Source of the DNA: Akkermansiaceae bacterium
GTDB lineage: Bacteria; Verrucomicrobiota; Verrucomicrobiia; Verrucomicrobiales; Akkermansiaceae
Length of the DNA: 56,804 bases
Reading direction: 5' to 3'
NCBI GenBank assembly: GCA_023253625.1
Contig: JALRFY010000248.1
Coordinates: forward strand, 1-56,804
Shown here in pieces: positions 46,913 through 56,147 of this stretch. Each line of letters opens with the position of its first letter. Positions within the stretch are counted from its first letter, which is position 1. The notes below the pieces were generated by a model, which was not told where the DNA came from, did not search any database, and saw only the letters and a list, made by a program, of their open reading frames with translations. A program made the position numbers and the translations under genes.

Positions 46913-47641
46913 ATGCGTTCGAGCTATCCTTTGATCCCTCATGTCAAGCCGGGCTTCACGCTGGTGGAGTTGTTGGTGACCATCTCCATCATCGTGGTTC
47001 TCGCGGTCTTGGCGGTGGCGGGCGGAAGCGCCGTGTTGACCTCCTCCCGGCAGGCGAAGTGCATGGGCAACCTGCGCAACATCGGCACCGCGCTCCATCT
47101 GTATGCCGCGGACCGGGGCGGCGCGCTTCCCGGGACCACCCACACTGCAGGGCTGGATGGATCTTGGATCTACGCGCTCGAGGAATACCTAGGGGAATTC
47201 GATGAAACCCGGATTTGCCCGGCGGATCCACTGCGTGACCAACGCCTTCGCGCCCGCGGCACGAGCTACCTGCTCAACAGTTTCATTTTTGTGCCGGAAA
47301 CCGATCCGTTTGGCATGCCGGTGGGGTCTGCGATGAACCATCTCAACCGCATCCCTGAACCATCCCGCACGCTCGTGGCCTTCCTGTGCTCGGACACCAC
47401 CGGCGTCGGGCCGGGCAACGACCATACCCACTCGAACCAATGGGACTCATGGAGCGGCGTCTGCCGCGACATCGCTCCCGACCGCTTTTCCAACATGCCG
47501 GCACACGACCATTCGCGCGGCAGATCCAATTATCTCTACGTCGATGGACGCGTCGAATCCATTTCCGCCGCCGAACTGAAACGAAAAACCGATCAAGGAG
47601 CCAACATCGCCTTGCCACCCGGAATGAACCCCGCGCCATGA
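46913..47641 (+). CDS. Prepilin-type N-terminal methylation protein with H-X9-DG-like C-terminus (pseudopilin)
   Basis: GFTLVELLV, C.GNLR.IG.A..LY, CPAD, DHTH, SNYLYVDGRV. Confidence 0.9.
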   Translation: MRSSYPLIPHVKPGFTLVELLVTISIIVVLAVLAVAGGSAVLTSSRQAKCMGNLRNIGTALHLYAADRGGALPGTTHTAGLDGSWIYALEEYLGEFDETRICPADPLRDQRLRARGTSYLLNSFIFVPETDPFGMPVGSAMNHLNRIPEPSRTLVAFLCSDTTGVGPGNDHTHSNQWDSWSGVCRDIAPDRFSNMPAHDHSRGRSNYLYVDGRVESISAAELKRKTDQGANIALPPGMNPAP

Positions 47642-48807
47642 AGCCGGTTTCCCATGTCATCCTGCTGCTGTCCGCCACCCGGCTCGCGGCCTCGGGTTTG
47701 ATTCCCTTGGGCGAGCATGTCGATCTGCGATGGAGATGGGAAAGCCCGGCGTGGACCTGCCATGCCGTCACGGATATAGGGGGCGAGATTTCGCGCGATC
47801 CGGAAACCGTTTTCCTGCCATTGGCCGACAAACCCTACAGCGCCGCCAACCCCTCGATTTCGGGCGCGCGCTTCACCCAACCGGCCAATCCGGACTTCGA
47901 TTTCACCGGTGTGCCCGCTGGCGGGCCGCTGTGGATTGCGGTGCAGGGAACACCCGGCAATGGCGAGGCCTGGCCGGGATTCGAAAACAACCAATCGGCC
48001 GTGCTCGGATCCTACGTTCCTACGGACACACGGGTCTCGCAAACGACGGCCCGCCGGTGGATCCGCGTGTCGCTGGTCTCCTATCAGCCGCCGCACGGCA
48101 AGAACGCCCGTTTCTCGCTCTGGAACACCAGCTCCGGCAATCCTCCCACCGTCTGGATGTCCACCCACGATGCCAATGTTGAAGATTCCTATCACTTTAC
48201 CGAGGGAACCCACAACCACCTCAACTGGGGATTCAGCGCGCAAGGCATCCATCGCATCCGGCTCCGCGCCTCCGCCTTCATCGGCCCGGGCGCGAGCAAT
48301 CCCACCGGATGGAGCGAAACCCGCACCGTCACCTTCGCGGTGGGGACCTTCGCCCGCTGGCAGGCCGAACGCTTCGACTCCATCCAACTCGACGATCCCG
48401 CGATCTGCGGACCCGACGCGGACCCGGATGGCGACGGTCTGGACAACCGCCTTGAATACGCCTTCGGCACCGCCCCCCTCGCCGGCGGTCCCATGCCGCT
48501 CGCCGACGGATTGGGCATGCCCGCGTTCTCGCTCTTCGAGGACGGCGGGCTCGTGCATCAAACGCTGGTCTATCCCCGGCGCAAGGCTGGCCCGCGCTTG
48601 GATCCCGACGTCTATCAGCCGATGTTCTCCGACAGCCCGGACGGCCCATGGTCGGATAACGGCGTGATTATCACGGTCGCGGGTTTCCCGTCGCACCAGT
48701 CATCGCTTGATGCCGATTGGGAACTTGTGACCGCCCGCCGCCCCGTGCCGCAGGGACGCACGCGCGGCTTCGCCCGGGTGGCCGTAAGCGTCGGCGATGG
48801 CCTGTGA
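47638..48807 (+). CDS. Secreted TIGR03769-like His-motif protein with a DPDGDG..N..EYAFG C-terminal module
   Basis: Signal peptide, EHVD, GTHNHLNWGFS..G, ADPDGDGLDNRLEYAFG, terminal FARV. ATGA overlap with the pseudopilin. Confidence 0.85.
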   Translation: MKPVSHVILLLSATRLAASGLIPLGEHVDLRWRWESPAWTCHAVTDIGGEISRDPETVFLPLADKPYSAANPSISGARFTQPANPDFDFTGVPAGGPLWIAVQGTPGNGEAWPGFENNQSAVLGSYVPTDTRVSQTTARRWIRVSLVSYQPPHGKNARFSLWNTSSGNPPTVWMSTHDANVEDSYHFTEGTHNHLNWGFSAQGIHRIRLRASAFIGPGASNPTGWSETRTVTFAVGTFARWQAERFDSIQLDDPAICGPDADPDGDGLDNRLEYAFGTAPLAGGPMPLADGLGMPAFSLFEDGGLVHQTLVYPRRKAGPRLDPDVYQPMFSDSPDGPWSDNGVIITVAGFPSHQSSLDADWELVTARRPVPQGRTRGFARVAVSVGDGL

Positions 48808-48854
48808 GGCGCGGTTCCCTGGGGGCGGACCACGCCTTTACCGGGAGATATTCT

Positions 48855-48923
48855 TCAGCGCCTGCGACGCAGCAGCGCGACCGCGCCCCGCGCGCCCAGC
48901 AATGCCGCCGAGGGCTCGGGGAT
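48855..48923 (-). repeat. PEP-CTERM tail repeat, copy 2
   Basis: 68 of 69 nt identical to 44352-44420. Confidence 0.92.
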
Positions 48924-49637
48924 CACCGAGAGTGTCACATCCGCCGTATAACTCGTGTAGGGACCGGCTGGCGGTGTGGTGAGGTATCCGGCGCCACCGA
49001 CCATGATGGTGAAGTCACCCGCAGGAAGGTTGAAGGTGCCGGTGACGAACCCATCGGCGAGTCCGTCGCCGTTGATCCCGGCGGCGCTGCCGAAATTCGC
49101 ACTCGTGCCGTCGGCGGCGTTGCCCTGATAGATGAGCGACCGCAGGCTGGCGGGAACGGCGACGCCACTATCGGAATCACCCGTAACATTATATACGTCA
49201 TCGTTGCCGATGCTCCAGTCTCCCAGTGCGTTGAACGCTCCCTGCTTGGGCTGCGTGCCGCCAAGCGTAGCCAGATAGCTCAGTGACAGCGGGCTGCCGT
49301 CATGGGCCAGCGCTTCGGGGGAAAGATGGGTGAGTCCCGAGTAAACGGAGAGCGCGGGCAGCAGGATGTTGTCGATGCCGGTGCGTTGGACGGAAATCGC
49401 CACTTGTCCGGGATTGAGCAGCGTGAAGCGGAAGGCCCGGTTGCGGTGGCTGTCGCCGAGGTCGCCGTCCGTCGAGTAGGCCCAGCCGAAGGTGCTGGAG
49501 ATGGTTCCGGACTTCGTGGCGCTCCTGGTTTCATTTCCCGGGCTGAAGGTTCCCAGGTCCCGGTTGGTGTATGTGACGTGAGCCGGGGCGCAACCGAGCG
49601 TGGCGGCAAGCAATAGTGGAATGGTGATGGTTTGCAT
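48855..49637 (-). CDS. PEP-CTERM surface protein
   Basis: Signal peptide ending APA-H, DSH, C-terminal IPEPSAALLGARGAVALLRRRR. Confidence 0.9.
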   Translation of the reverse strand: MQTITIPLLLAATLGCAPAHVTYTNRDLGTFSPGNETRSATKSGTISSTFGWAYSTDGDLGDSHRNRAFRFTLLNPGQVAISVQRTGIDNILLPALSVYSGLTHLSPEALAHDGSPLSLSYLATLGGTQPKQGAFNALGDWSIGNDDVYNVTGDSDSGVAVPASLRSLIYQGNAADGTSANFGSAAGINGDGLADGFVTGTFNLPAGDFTIMVGGAGYLTTPPAGPYTSYTADVTLSVIPEPSAALLGARGAVALLRRRR

Positions 49638-49678
49638 GTTTGGTCTTTTCTGTTAGTCTGGTGTTTGGGGGAGAGTGG

Positions 49679-50560
49679 TCATGGCGTGGCCCAGTCGTAG
49701 GCGAGCTGATAGAAGGCGGCGCCCGCAGGAGGCGAGGAATCGACGAAGGAGACGGTGTCGGCCGTTGTGCCGGTGACCGATCCGACTGGTTGCCAGCCAC
49801 CGTCGGGCCGGTTGGAGCGAAGGATCCGGAACACGAGGCCGCTTTGGCCGACGCCGGCCCAGATCCCCATTTGGCTCGGCCAGGTGAGTGTGGCCGAGTT
49901 TTCCGTCCGGATGATCTGCGGCTGGAACGACGGACCCGCGGTGAAGCGGAATTGATAGATCCGGCTCGGCTGGTGCCATGGACCGCCGCCGGGACCGCTG
50001 GTGCTGCGGTCTATCAACCGGATGCCGATGACGTAGTCGCCCGGCTTGTCGGCGGTCCATGCCCGGCCGTGGATGTGCCCGAGCGGATCCTCGTCGGGAT
50101 CATCGATTCCCTCGCTGAGCACGAAGGCCACATCCGTCACCGCTTCGTTGGCGGGCAGCAGGTGGGTGGGTGTGAAAGCGGCGGTTTCCCAAAACCCGAA
50201 GCGCGAGCCGGGCGGACCGCTCACGCTGACGATCTCCGCCCAGAGCCACGAGCCCGTCGCGGGGTGTTGGTCGCCTGCGAGTTCATACTGGCCGTCGGAC
50301 TGGACGACGATCGAGAAGGCGTCCGCGGGAAACAAGGTCCGTGGGGTTTCATCGAGCATGTAGTGGCCGCCGCAGCGCTGGCCGCGCGGCCTCGCGAGCA
50401 GGCGGAAGACCTTGGTTTCCGGATCTGCGGCCGCGAAACAAAGCGCTTCACCGGCGTCGGGCAGGCCGTTCGAGTTGGCGTCAATGATGCCTGCGGAGAA
50501 GTGTTGGTGTGCCACCGCCGGGATGACGATGGCCAGTGAAAGCAGAACTTGGTATTTCAT
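49679..50560 (-). CDS. Secreted His-motif protein resembling the Zur-repressed All3515 family, without PEP-CTERM
   Basis: Signal peptide then HQH, F.FWE, DP.GHIHGR.W.A.KPG.Y. The family resemblance is from memory. Start moved to 50560. Confidence 0.75.
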   Translation of the reverse strand: MKYQVLLSLAIVIPAVAHQHFSAGIIDANSNGLPDAGEALCFAAADPETKVFRLLARPRGQRCGGHYMLDETPRTLFPADAFSIVVQSDGQYELAGDQHPATGSWLWAEIVSVSGPPGSRFGFWETAAFTPTHLLPANEAVTDVAFVLSEGIDDPDEDPLGHIHGRAWTADKPGDYVIGIRLIDRSTSGPGGGPWHQPSRIYQFRFTAGPSFQPQIIRTENSATLTWPSQMGIWAGVGQSGLVFRILRSNRPDGGWQPVGSVTGTTADTVSFVDSSPPAGAAFYQLAYDWATP

Positions 50561-50567
50561 ATTCGTT

Positions 50568-51230
50568 TCAGGGGTTCGGTGTTGGGGCAGGTTGGATGAA
50601 GCGGCTACCCGGCGCGTCAAGACGCGAGAGCGCCTCGCCGCGGCGGAGGCTTTCGACGTGACCGTCGGCAAAAAGGTAGTTGGAGCTATGCGCATGGGCT
50701 CGCGTGGCCACTTGGCTCTCGAAAGCGGCGGGCGGCATCACGCCGTCGCGGTAACCCGCGAAGTGGAAATGATCGCTGTTTCGGTAGGCCGGAGACGCCT
50801 CGGCGAACAGGATGGTTTCGGCAGGCCGCTCGATCTTCGCCAGTCGGGAGAAATCCAGATCCGGGGCTCCCGCCGGGTTTGGCGTCAGGAAATCGTTGAT
50901 CAGATAGGTGTAAGGGCGTTGTTCGTCGGGATCCTTCGGGCACTTGAATGTGATCGTGCCGGCGGAGTAGGGCTGGAGCGTGAGCGTCCACGACTTGCCC
51001 CCCTGGCGGCGTTGGTGGGAGGTGACGGGCAGGGTCATCTGGTTGTCACCCGCATACATCATCGCCGCCAAGCCGATCTGGCGCAGGTTTGACGCGCAGT
51101 TCACCGCATGGCTGCGGGCGTGCAGGCTGCGTCCCACGGACCAGGCGAGAGAGACGAGAACCAGGATGATGAAAATGCAAACGAGAAGCTCGGGCAGTGT
51201 GAACGCCCTGTGGACGCGGGATAAAGGCAT
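50568..51230 (-). CDS. Prepilin-type N-terminal methylation / H-X9-DG protein (pseudopilin)
   Basis: AFTLPELLV, C.SNLRQIG.A..MY, CPKD, DHFH, HAHSSNYLFADGHV. Start moved to 51230. Confidence 0.9.
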   Translation of the reverse strand: MPLSRVHRAFTLPELLVCIFIILVLVSLAWSVGRSLHARSHAVNCASNLRQIGLAAMMYAGDNQMTLPVTSHQRRQGGKSWTLTLQPYSAGTITFKCPKDPDEQRPYTYLINDFLTPNPAGAPDLDFSRLAKIERPAETILFAEASPAYRNSDHFHFAGYRDGVMPPAAFESQVATRAHAHSSNYLFADGHVESLRRGEALSRLDAPGSRFIQPAPTPNP

Positions 51231-51453
51231 GATAAGTGGTGTTGAAACACGGATTCGGAGCATGGACGCCCGGAACGGACGGCCGTAGCCACATCGGTTC
51301 CCGCATGGGAAACGGATGTGTTCCACCGCACGGGAAATGCGGGTGACGGACAGGCCGATGCCATGGAAGGCTGGCGGTGAGCTCCATCATGAGCCGCGGG
51401 CAAGGCCCGGGGCACCAAGGGACCATCCCGATACGGGACGGGAATCGCGAATT

Positions 51454-51846
51454 TCAGGAGAGCCGCGGCGGCGGGTGTGGCACTGGCCCGAGGAACTCGC
51501 GGATCGAGCGGTCATACGCCGGAACGCCCGGCACATGCGCGTCCGCCACTGGCACCTTGAGGCGCACAGCCATGGGGAGCACCACATCCAGCTTCGCCTC
51601 CGCCTTGGCGTGAGGCTTGCGCTCGTCCTCCTTCTCACGGCTTTCCTTGACCAGCTTGCACATCCCGCAGGGATGTTCGCCGTCGAAGGTTTTCCTTGCC
51701 GCTTCCGCGAACGAGGCATCCTGGGAATAGGAAAACAACATGTTCCCCCATGCCACGGTCTGCAACAAGACGTAGTGGCCGCCGACCGAAACAAACAGCG
51801 CTCCGATCACCAGCAACTTCGCAAAATGGCGCAACCGCGCGAACAC
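51454..51846 (-). CDS. Small DUF2946-like protein with TM segment, CxxC and C-terminal polyproline
   Basis: GGH..LLQTVAW..M, TFDGEHPCGMC, ends PVPHPPPRLS. GTG start at 51846 assumed. Confidence 0.75.
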   Translation of the reverse strand: MFARLRHFAKLLVIGALFVSVGGHYVLLQTVAWGNMLFSYSQDASFAEAARKTFDGEHPCGMCKLVKESREKEDERKPHAKAEAKLDVVLPMAVRLKVPVADAHVPGVPAYDRSIREFLGPVPHPPPRLS

Positions 51847-52064
51847 GCCGGCTTCATGAGCTGCACCACTGCAGCCGCAAGGGCAAAGCAAGATATGCGT
51901 GGATTTTGCTCACGGGTCTTTCGGATGCTTTCCGGCAACCGGGGCCTGACCGTCCGGCGATGAATTCACTCGGTTGGGCAACGAGAGCCGCGACGATCAG
52001 ACCGGCACGGCGGACCCACACATCGCGCTGGCCAGGCGTGGGGATCCGGGTCAAAAACCGCTGC

Positions 52065-53651
52065 ATGGGCAAGACACGATGGATCGCGGCTGCGGCGGTA
52101 TTGCTGGCGACCTTCGCCGTGGGCGGGCTGGCGGAGGATTCGTTGATGCGCGCCTTGTGGCCGGCGGTGGCGGCCATCGCGAGCATCGTGATCCTGCGCC
52201 ATGCGGCTCTCGGATTGGCCTGCGGTGTGGCGGCGGCGGCCTTGCTGCTGGCGGGTGGTCATCCGGTGGCGGCGCTGCGGCTGGCGCTGGCGGATCATTG
52301 TTTCCCGGCCGTCCATGGTCCATGGCGGGTGGGTGCGCTGGTGTTCACTTTGATCCTCGGTTCATTCGCGGGAATTTTGGAGCATTCTGGCGGCTTCGAG
52401 TCGCTGCTGCGCCGGATGCTCAAGCGGGGCGAAAACGGTGGGCGGCATTTGCTAGGCGGCGTTTACGGGGTGGGGTTGCTGTGTTTTTTCGATGGACTGG
52501 CGAGCAGCCTGTTGTCCGGCCGCATTGCCCGGCCGTTGGCGGACCGCGCCGGTGTTTCGCGTGAGCGTCTCGCTTGGGTGGTGGATTCCACCGGTTCGCC
52601 GGTGGCCTGCGTGGCGTTTATTTCCACCTGGATCGCCACCCAGCTCAGCCTCATCGAGCAAGGGCTGTCCGACGCGCCATTCCAAGTGGAGCCCTATGCC
52701 TTGTTTTTCCAATCGATACCGGCCAACGCCTATTGCCTGCTCACGCTGCTGTTGGTGCCGCTGGCGATCCGCCTGCATTACCAACCGCGTGCGATGCGGA
52801 AATTCCGCCCGCTGGCACCAGATGCCAGCGCGGAATCCAGCGGTCCCGCCGCGCCCGCCCGGGTGGTGCTCCTGCCCCTCGCCGTGCTGGTGACAGGCAT
52901 TTTGGCAGGCTTCCCGCTGCTCGCCAGCGAGCCGGTGGACGTGCTCACGCTGGACGGTTGGAAACAGGCATTCAGCGGCGATGCCGGCCCGTATGCGCTG
53001 GTTTTCGGCAGCCTTGCAGGATGGATCGCTGCGCTGTGGTGCTTTCCCGCCAAGCGCCGTGGCGAAGTGGCGGGCGCGGCCATGCACGGTGCGGCCACCT
53101 TGCTGCCCGCGCTGGTGGTGCTGGTGCTCGCATGGACGCTCGGCGGCATGTTCGCGGCACTCGGCACCACCCGCCATGTCGCGGATTTGCTGGCCGATGG
53201 CACGCCGGTGGCCTGGCTGCCGGCGGCGGTTTTCCTGACCGGCGCGGCGATGGCTTTCACCACCGGTTCGTCGTGGGGCACGATGGGCCTGCTGATGCCG
53301 CTCGCCCTGCCGGCCACGGTGGCCGCCGCCACAGCTGCTGGCCTGCATCCGGATGAAATCCATGCCATGATACCCATGGTCATCGGTGCGGTCTTCGGTG
53401 GTGCCACGCTGGGCGACCACTGCAGCCCGTTTTCCGACACCACCATCGTCAGCGCGCTCGCCAGCGGTTGCCGGACGATGGACCACGTCGTCTCACAACT
53501 CCCCTTCGCCGGGATCGCCGCCACCTGTGCGTGCGCGGCTTATGCCATGATGGCCGCAGGCCGTTCGCCGCTCGCCGCCACCGCCATGGCTGCCGGACTG
53601 ATGGTGATGTGGGTGGCCTTCCTGAACCGGCGCTCCATCAATCCCGGCTGA
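52065..53651 (+). CDS. NhaC-family Na+/H+ antiporter-like transporter
   Basis: FFD, SRE.LA..VDST..P, F.TGSSWGT, GDHCSP.SDTTI.S....C...DHV.SQLP. Start moved to 52065. Confidence 0.88.
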   Translation: MGKTRWIAAAAVLLATFAVGGLAEDSLMRALWPAVAAIASIVILRHAALGLACGVAAAALLLAGGHPVAALRLALADHCFPAVHGPWRVGALVFTLILGSFAGILEHSGGFESLLRRMLKRGENGGRHLLGGVYGVGLLCFFDGLASSLLSGRIARPLADRAGVSRERLAWVVDSTGSPVACVAFISTWIATQLSLIEQGLSDAPFQVEPYALFFQSIPANAYCLLTLLLVPLAIRLHYQPRAMRKFRPLAPDASAESSGPAAPARVVLLPLAVLVTGILAGFPLLASEPVDVLTLDGWKQAFSGDAGPYALVFGSLAGWIAALWCFPAKRRGEVAGAAMHGAATLLPALVVLVLAWTLGGMFAALGTTRHVADLLADGTPVAWLPAAVFLTGAAMAFTTGSSWGTMGLLMPLALPATVAAATAAGLHPDEIHAMIPMVIGAVFGGATLGDHCSPFSDTTIVSALASGCRTMDHVVSQLPFAGIAATCACAAYAMMAAGRSPLAATAMAAGLMVMWVAFLNRRSINPG

Positions 53652-53681
53652 GGCAGGGCTGCGCTTGCCAGCGTTCCACGG

Positions 53682-53865
53682 CCAGCCGACCGCGCTGCAG
53701 TAGATGCCGCGCGGTGATTGTTCGAGTCCGGTGCTGATTTCCACCGCCCGCTGCGTTGGTGCGCCCGTGATGCTGCCACCGGGGAAACAAGCCGCCAGCG
53801 CGCCAACGGCGTCGACTTGGCGATCAGCTACGTTTTCCAGCCCCCTGCGCAGCACCCAGGATACA
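53682..53865 (-). pseudogene. Fragment of an aminodeoxychorismate/anthranilate synthase component I (pabB/trpE-like)
   Basis: [35 protein letters not shown], only about 60 aa. Boundaries approximate. Confidence 0.8.
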
Positions 53866-54007
53866 TTCGTTCGACTACGCCGGATCTTTGGTGCTGGAGA
53901 AATCCGCCTTCCTTGAAGGCATTGCGTTTTAACCTGCGCTTTCGTGGTGGGGTTCTGCGCAAGGAAGATCGCCGCACCAAACACATCTGGTCGTGGTGCC
54001 GGGCATT

Positions 54008-55411
54008 TTACCTTGCCGCCACGAGATCGTAGCCGCGCCAGTCGCCGATGGTGATGTCGGCGAATTCGCCGACGGGCAGCTTTTCATCCACCATGACCGA
54101 GCCGTCGATTTCCGGGGCGTCCCACTCGGTGCGGCCGACGCCGGGTTGCTCGACGAGGACGCGGACCTGCTTGCCGACCTGGGCCTGGTTCACCTCGCCG
54201 GCGATCTTTTGCAACTCCGCCATCGCACGTGACCAGCGGCTCTTTCGGGTGGCGTGGTGGATGTGGCCGGGCAGCTTGTAGGCGCGGGTGCCTTCTTCCT
54301 TCGAGTATTGGAACACGCCGGCGCGCTCGAAGCGGAACTCACGGATGAATTCCAGCAACTCCTGGAAATCCTCCTCGGTCTCGCCGGGGAAGCCGACGAT
54401 GAACGTCGTGCGAATTCCGAGGCCCGGGATGCCGGCGCGCATGCGGCGCAGCAGGTCGCGGATGTAGTCGCCGCTGGTCACCCGTTTCATCGCGGTGAGC
54501 ATGCGGTCGGAGATGTGCTGGAGCGGGATATCAACATACTTCGCCACCTTGTCGCACTCGGCGATGGTCTGGATCAGTTCGTCCGACCAATGCGCGGGGT
54601 GGGTGTAGAGCAGGCGCACCCAGAAATCGCCCTCGATGGTATTGATCTGGCGCAGCAGGGTGCAGAGCGAATTTCCTTTCGAGGAATCGACCGGCGAGTT
54701 CGGTTTCGGCCGCTGGTCCTCCCACTGGTCCATGCCGAAGTAGGTGGTATCCTGGGAGATCAGGTTGATTTCCTTCACGCCGGATTTCACGAGCGCTTCG
54801 ACTTCGCGGAAGACGCTTTCCTGCGTGCGCGAGCGGTGCTGGCCGCGGATCTTGGGGATAATGCAGAAGGTGCAGGTGTGGTTGCAGCCCTCGGCGATCT
54901 TCACATAAGCATAGTGGTCCGGCGTGAGGCGCATGCGCGGCGTCGAATAGTCCGGCACGTATTGCGGCTTGAGCGTGACGAAATCGCGCGGGTCGTCGGT
55001 GGCGGCGGGGCCTTCGGTTTTGGAAACCTCGGCGGGGTTTCCCTTGCCCAGCAGATTCTCGATGATCGGGGCGACCTTGGTGATTTGGTCGAGGCCGATG
55101 AAGGCGTCCACCTCGGGCATGATGCCGGGCAGCTCGGTGGCGAAGCGCTGCGAGAGACAGCCGGCGACGATGATTTTCTGGCGTTCGCGGTCCGGATCCT
55201 CCTTGCGTGCGTCGACTGCGCCGAAGATGGCATCGATGGATTCCTTCTTCGCCATGTCGATGAACGAGCAGGTGTTGACGATGAGGACATCGGCGAGTTC
55301 CGGATCGGGCGTGAGCATCATGCCGGCCTGCGCGAGGTAGCCGATCATGACTTCGGAATCGATGAGGTTCTTGGCGCAGCCAAGCGAGATAAGGCCTACG
55401 GTGGTGGACAT
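54008..55411 (-). CDS. rimO: Ribosomal protein S12 methylthiotransferase
   Basis: [28 protein letters not shown]...CTFC.IP, RLLY.HP, GR...DAPEIDG. Confidence 0.97.
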   Translation of the reverse strand: MSTTVGLISLGCAKNLIDSEVMIGYLAQAGMMLTPDPELADVLIVNTCSFIDMAKKESIDAIFGAVDARKEDPDRERQKIIVAGCLSQRFATELPGIMPEVDAFIGLDQITKVAPIIENLLGKGNPAEVSKTEGPAATDDPRDFVTLKPQYVPDYSTPRMRLTPDHYAYVKIAEGCNHTCTFCIIPKIRGQHRSRTQESVFREVEALVKSGVKEINLISQDTTYFGMDQWEDQRPKPNSPVDSSKGNSLCTLLRQINTIEGDFWVRLLYTHPAHWSDELIQTIAECDKVAKYVDIPLQHISDRMLTAMKRVTSGDYIRDLLRRMRAGIPGLGIRTTFIVGFPGETEEDFQELLEFIREFRFERAGVFQYSKEEGTRAYKLPGHIHHATRKSRWSRAMAELQKIAGEVNQAQVGKQVRVLVEQPGVGRTEWDAPEIDGSVMVDEKLPVGEFADITIGDWRGYDLVAAR

Positions 55412-55443
55412 GGGATATGATATTTCAAATTTGAAATTTGAAA

Positions 55444-56115
55444 TCAGAACGGCGGCGGGAGGATGAGTTCGTCACCGGGCTTGGGCTCCACCGCGCCGAA
55501 GCCGGGGAGCGGATTGGCGATGCCGCCTTCCGGGGTGACATCGCTGACCTTGAGCTGGCAGAGGATGCCGGTCTTGCGGCGCACGGCGAGGATGGTGCCG
55601 GGCTGGACTTGTTCCGGCATGTGGATCTGGAAGGTGGCGAAGCCGCCGTAGTCGGCATCGGCCACGTATTCCTGGACGGTGCCGATGAGCAGGGCCTCGG
55701 CGATCATGCGGGCGCGGCGCAGTTCCGTATCGCTTTTTTCCAGATCGCGCTGGTTGAGCAATCCCTCCTCATCCTGTGCCACCTTTGCATCGCGGGCGGC
55801 GCGTTCCTCTTCGGCCTTGCGGGCCTCGATCTGGGCGAGGGCGGCCTGTTGCGCGGCGAGTTGCGCTTTCATCTCCTCCATTTCCGCACTGCTGGCGGCA
55901 GGCGTTTCGGGCGTGCCCGCCTTGAGTTGCTGGATTTGTTTTTCGAGCTGGATGCGGTCCTGCTCGGCGCGAAGTTCGGCGATCTGCTTGCGCAGGCGAT
56001 CGAGTTCCTCCGCCGGTGCGTTTTCCACGCCGCGGTGCATGCCCTGCCACGACATCACCAGCGCGCCCAGCAAGAGGGCGACGGTCGCGCCGAGGAGAAG
56101 TTTCATCGTGTCCAT
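55444..56115 (-). CDS. Hypothetical membrane-anchored coiled-coil protein
   Basis: N-terminal TM segment, E/Q/K/A-rich coil, beta-rich C-terminus. Start 56115 or 56106. Confidence 0.8.
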   Translation of the reverse strand: MDTMKLLLGATVALLLGALVMSWQGMHRGVENAPAEELDRLRKQIAELRAEQDRIQLEKQIQQLKAGTPETPAASSAEMEEMKAQLAAQQAALAQIEARKAEEERAARDAKVAQDEEGLLNQRDLEKSDTELRRARMIAEALLIGTVQEYVADADYGGFATFQIHMPEQVQPGTILAVRRKTGILCQLKVSDVTPEGGIANPLPGFGAVEPKPGDELILPPPF

Positions 56116-56147
56116 GCGCGGGACGGTGGCTGGCCCCGGGGCGGATG

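Noticed and set aside
51231-51453. Cobalamin or other known riboswitch
   Set aside because: Hairpins are present but no B12-box or other recognisable consensus was found. An Rfam scan would settle it.
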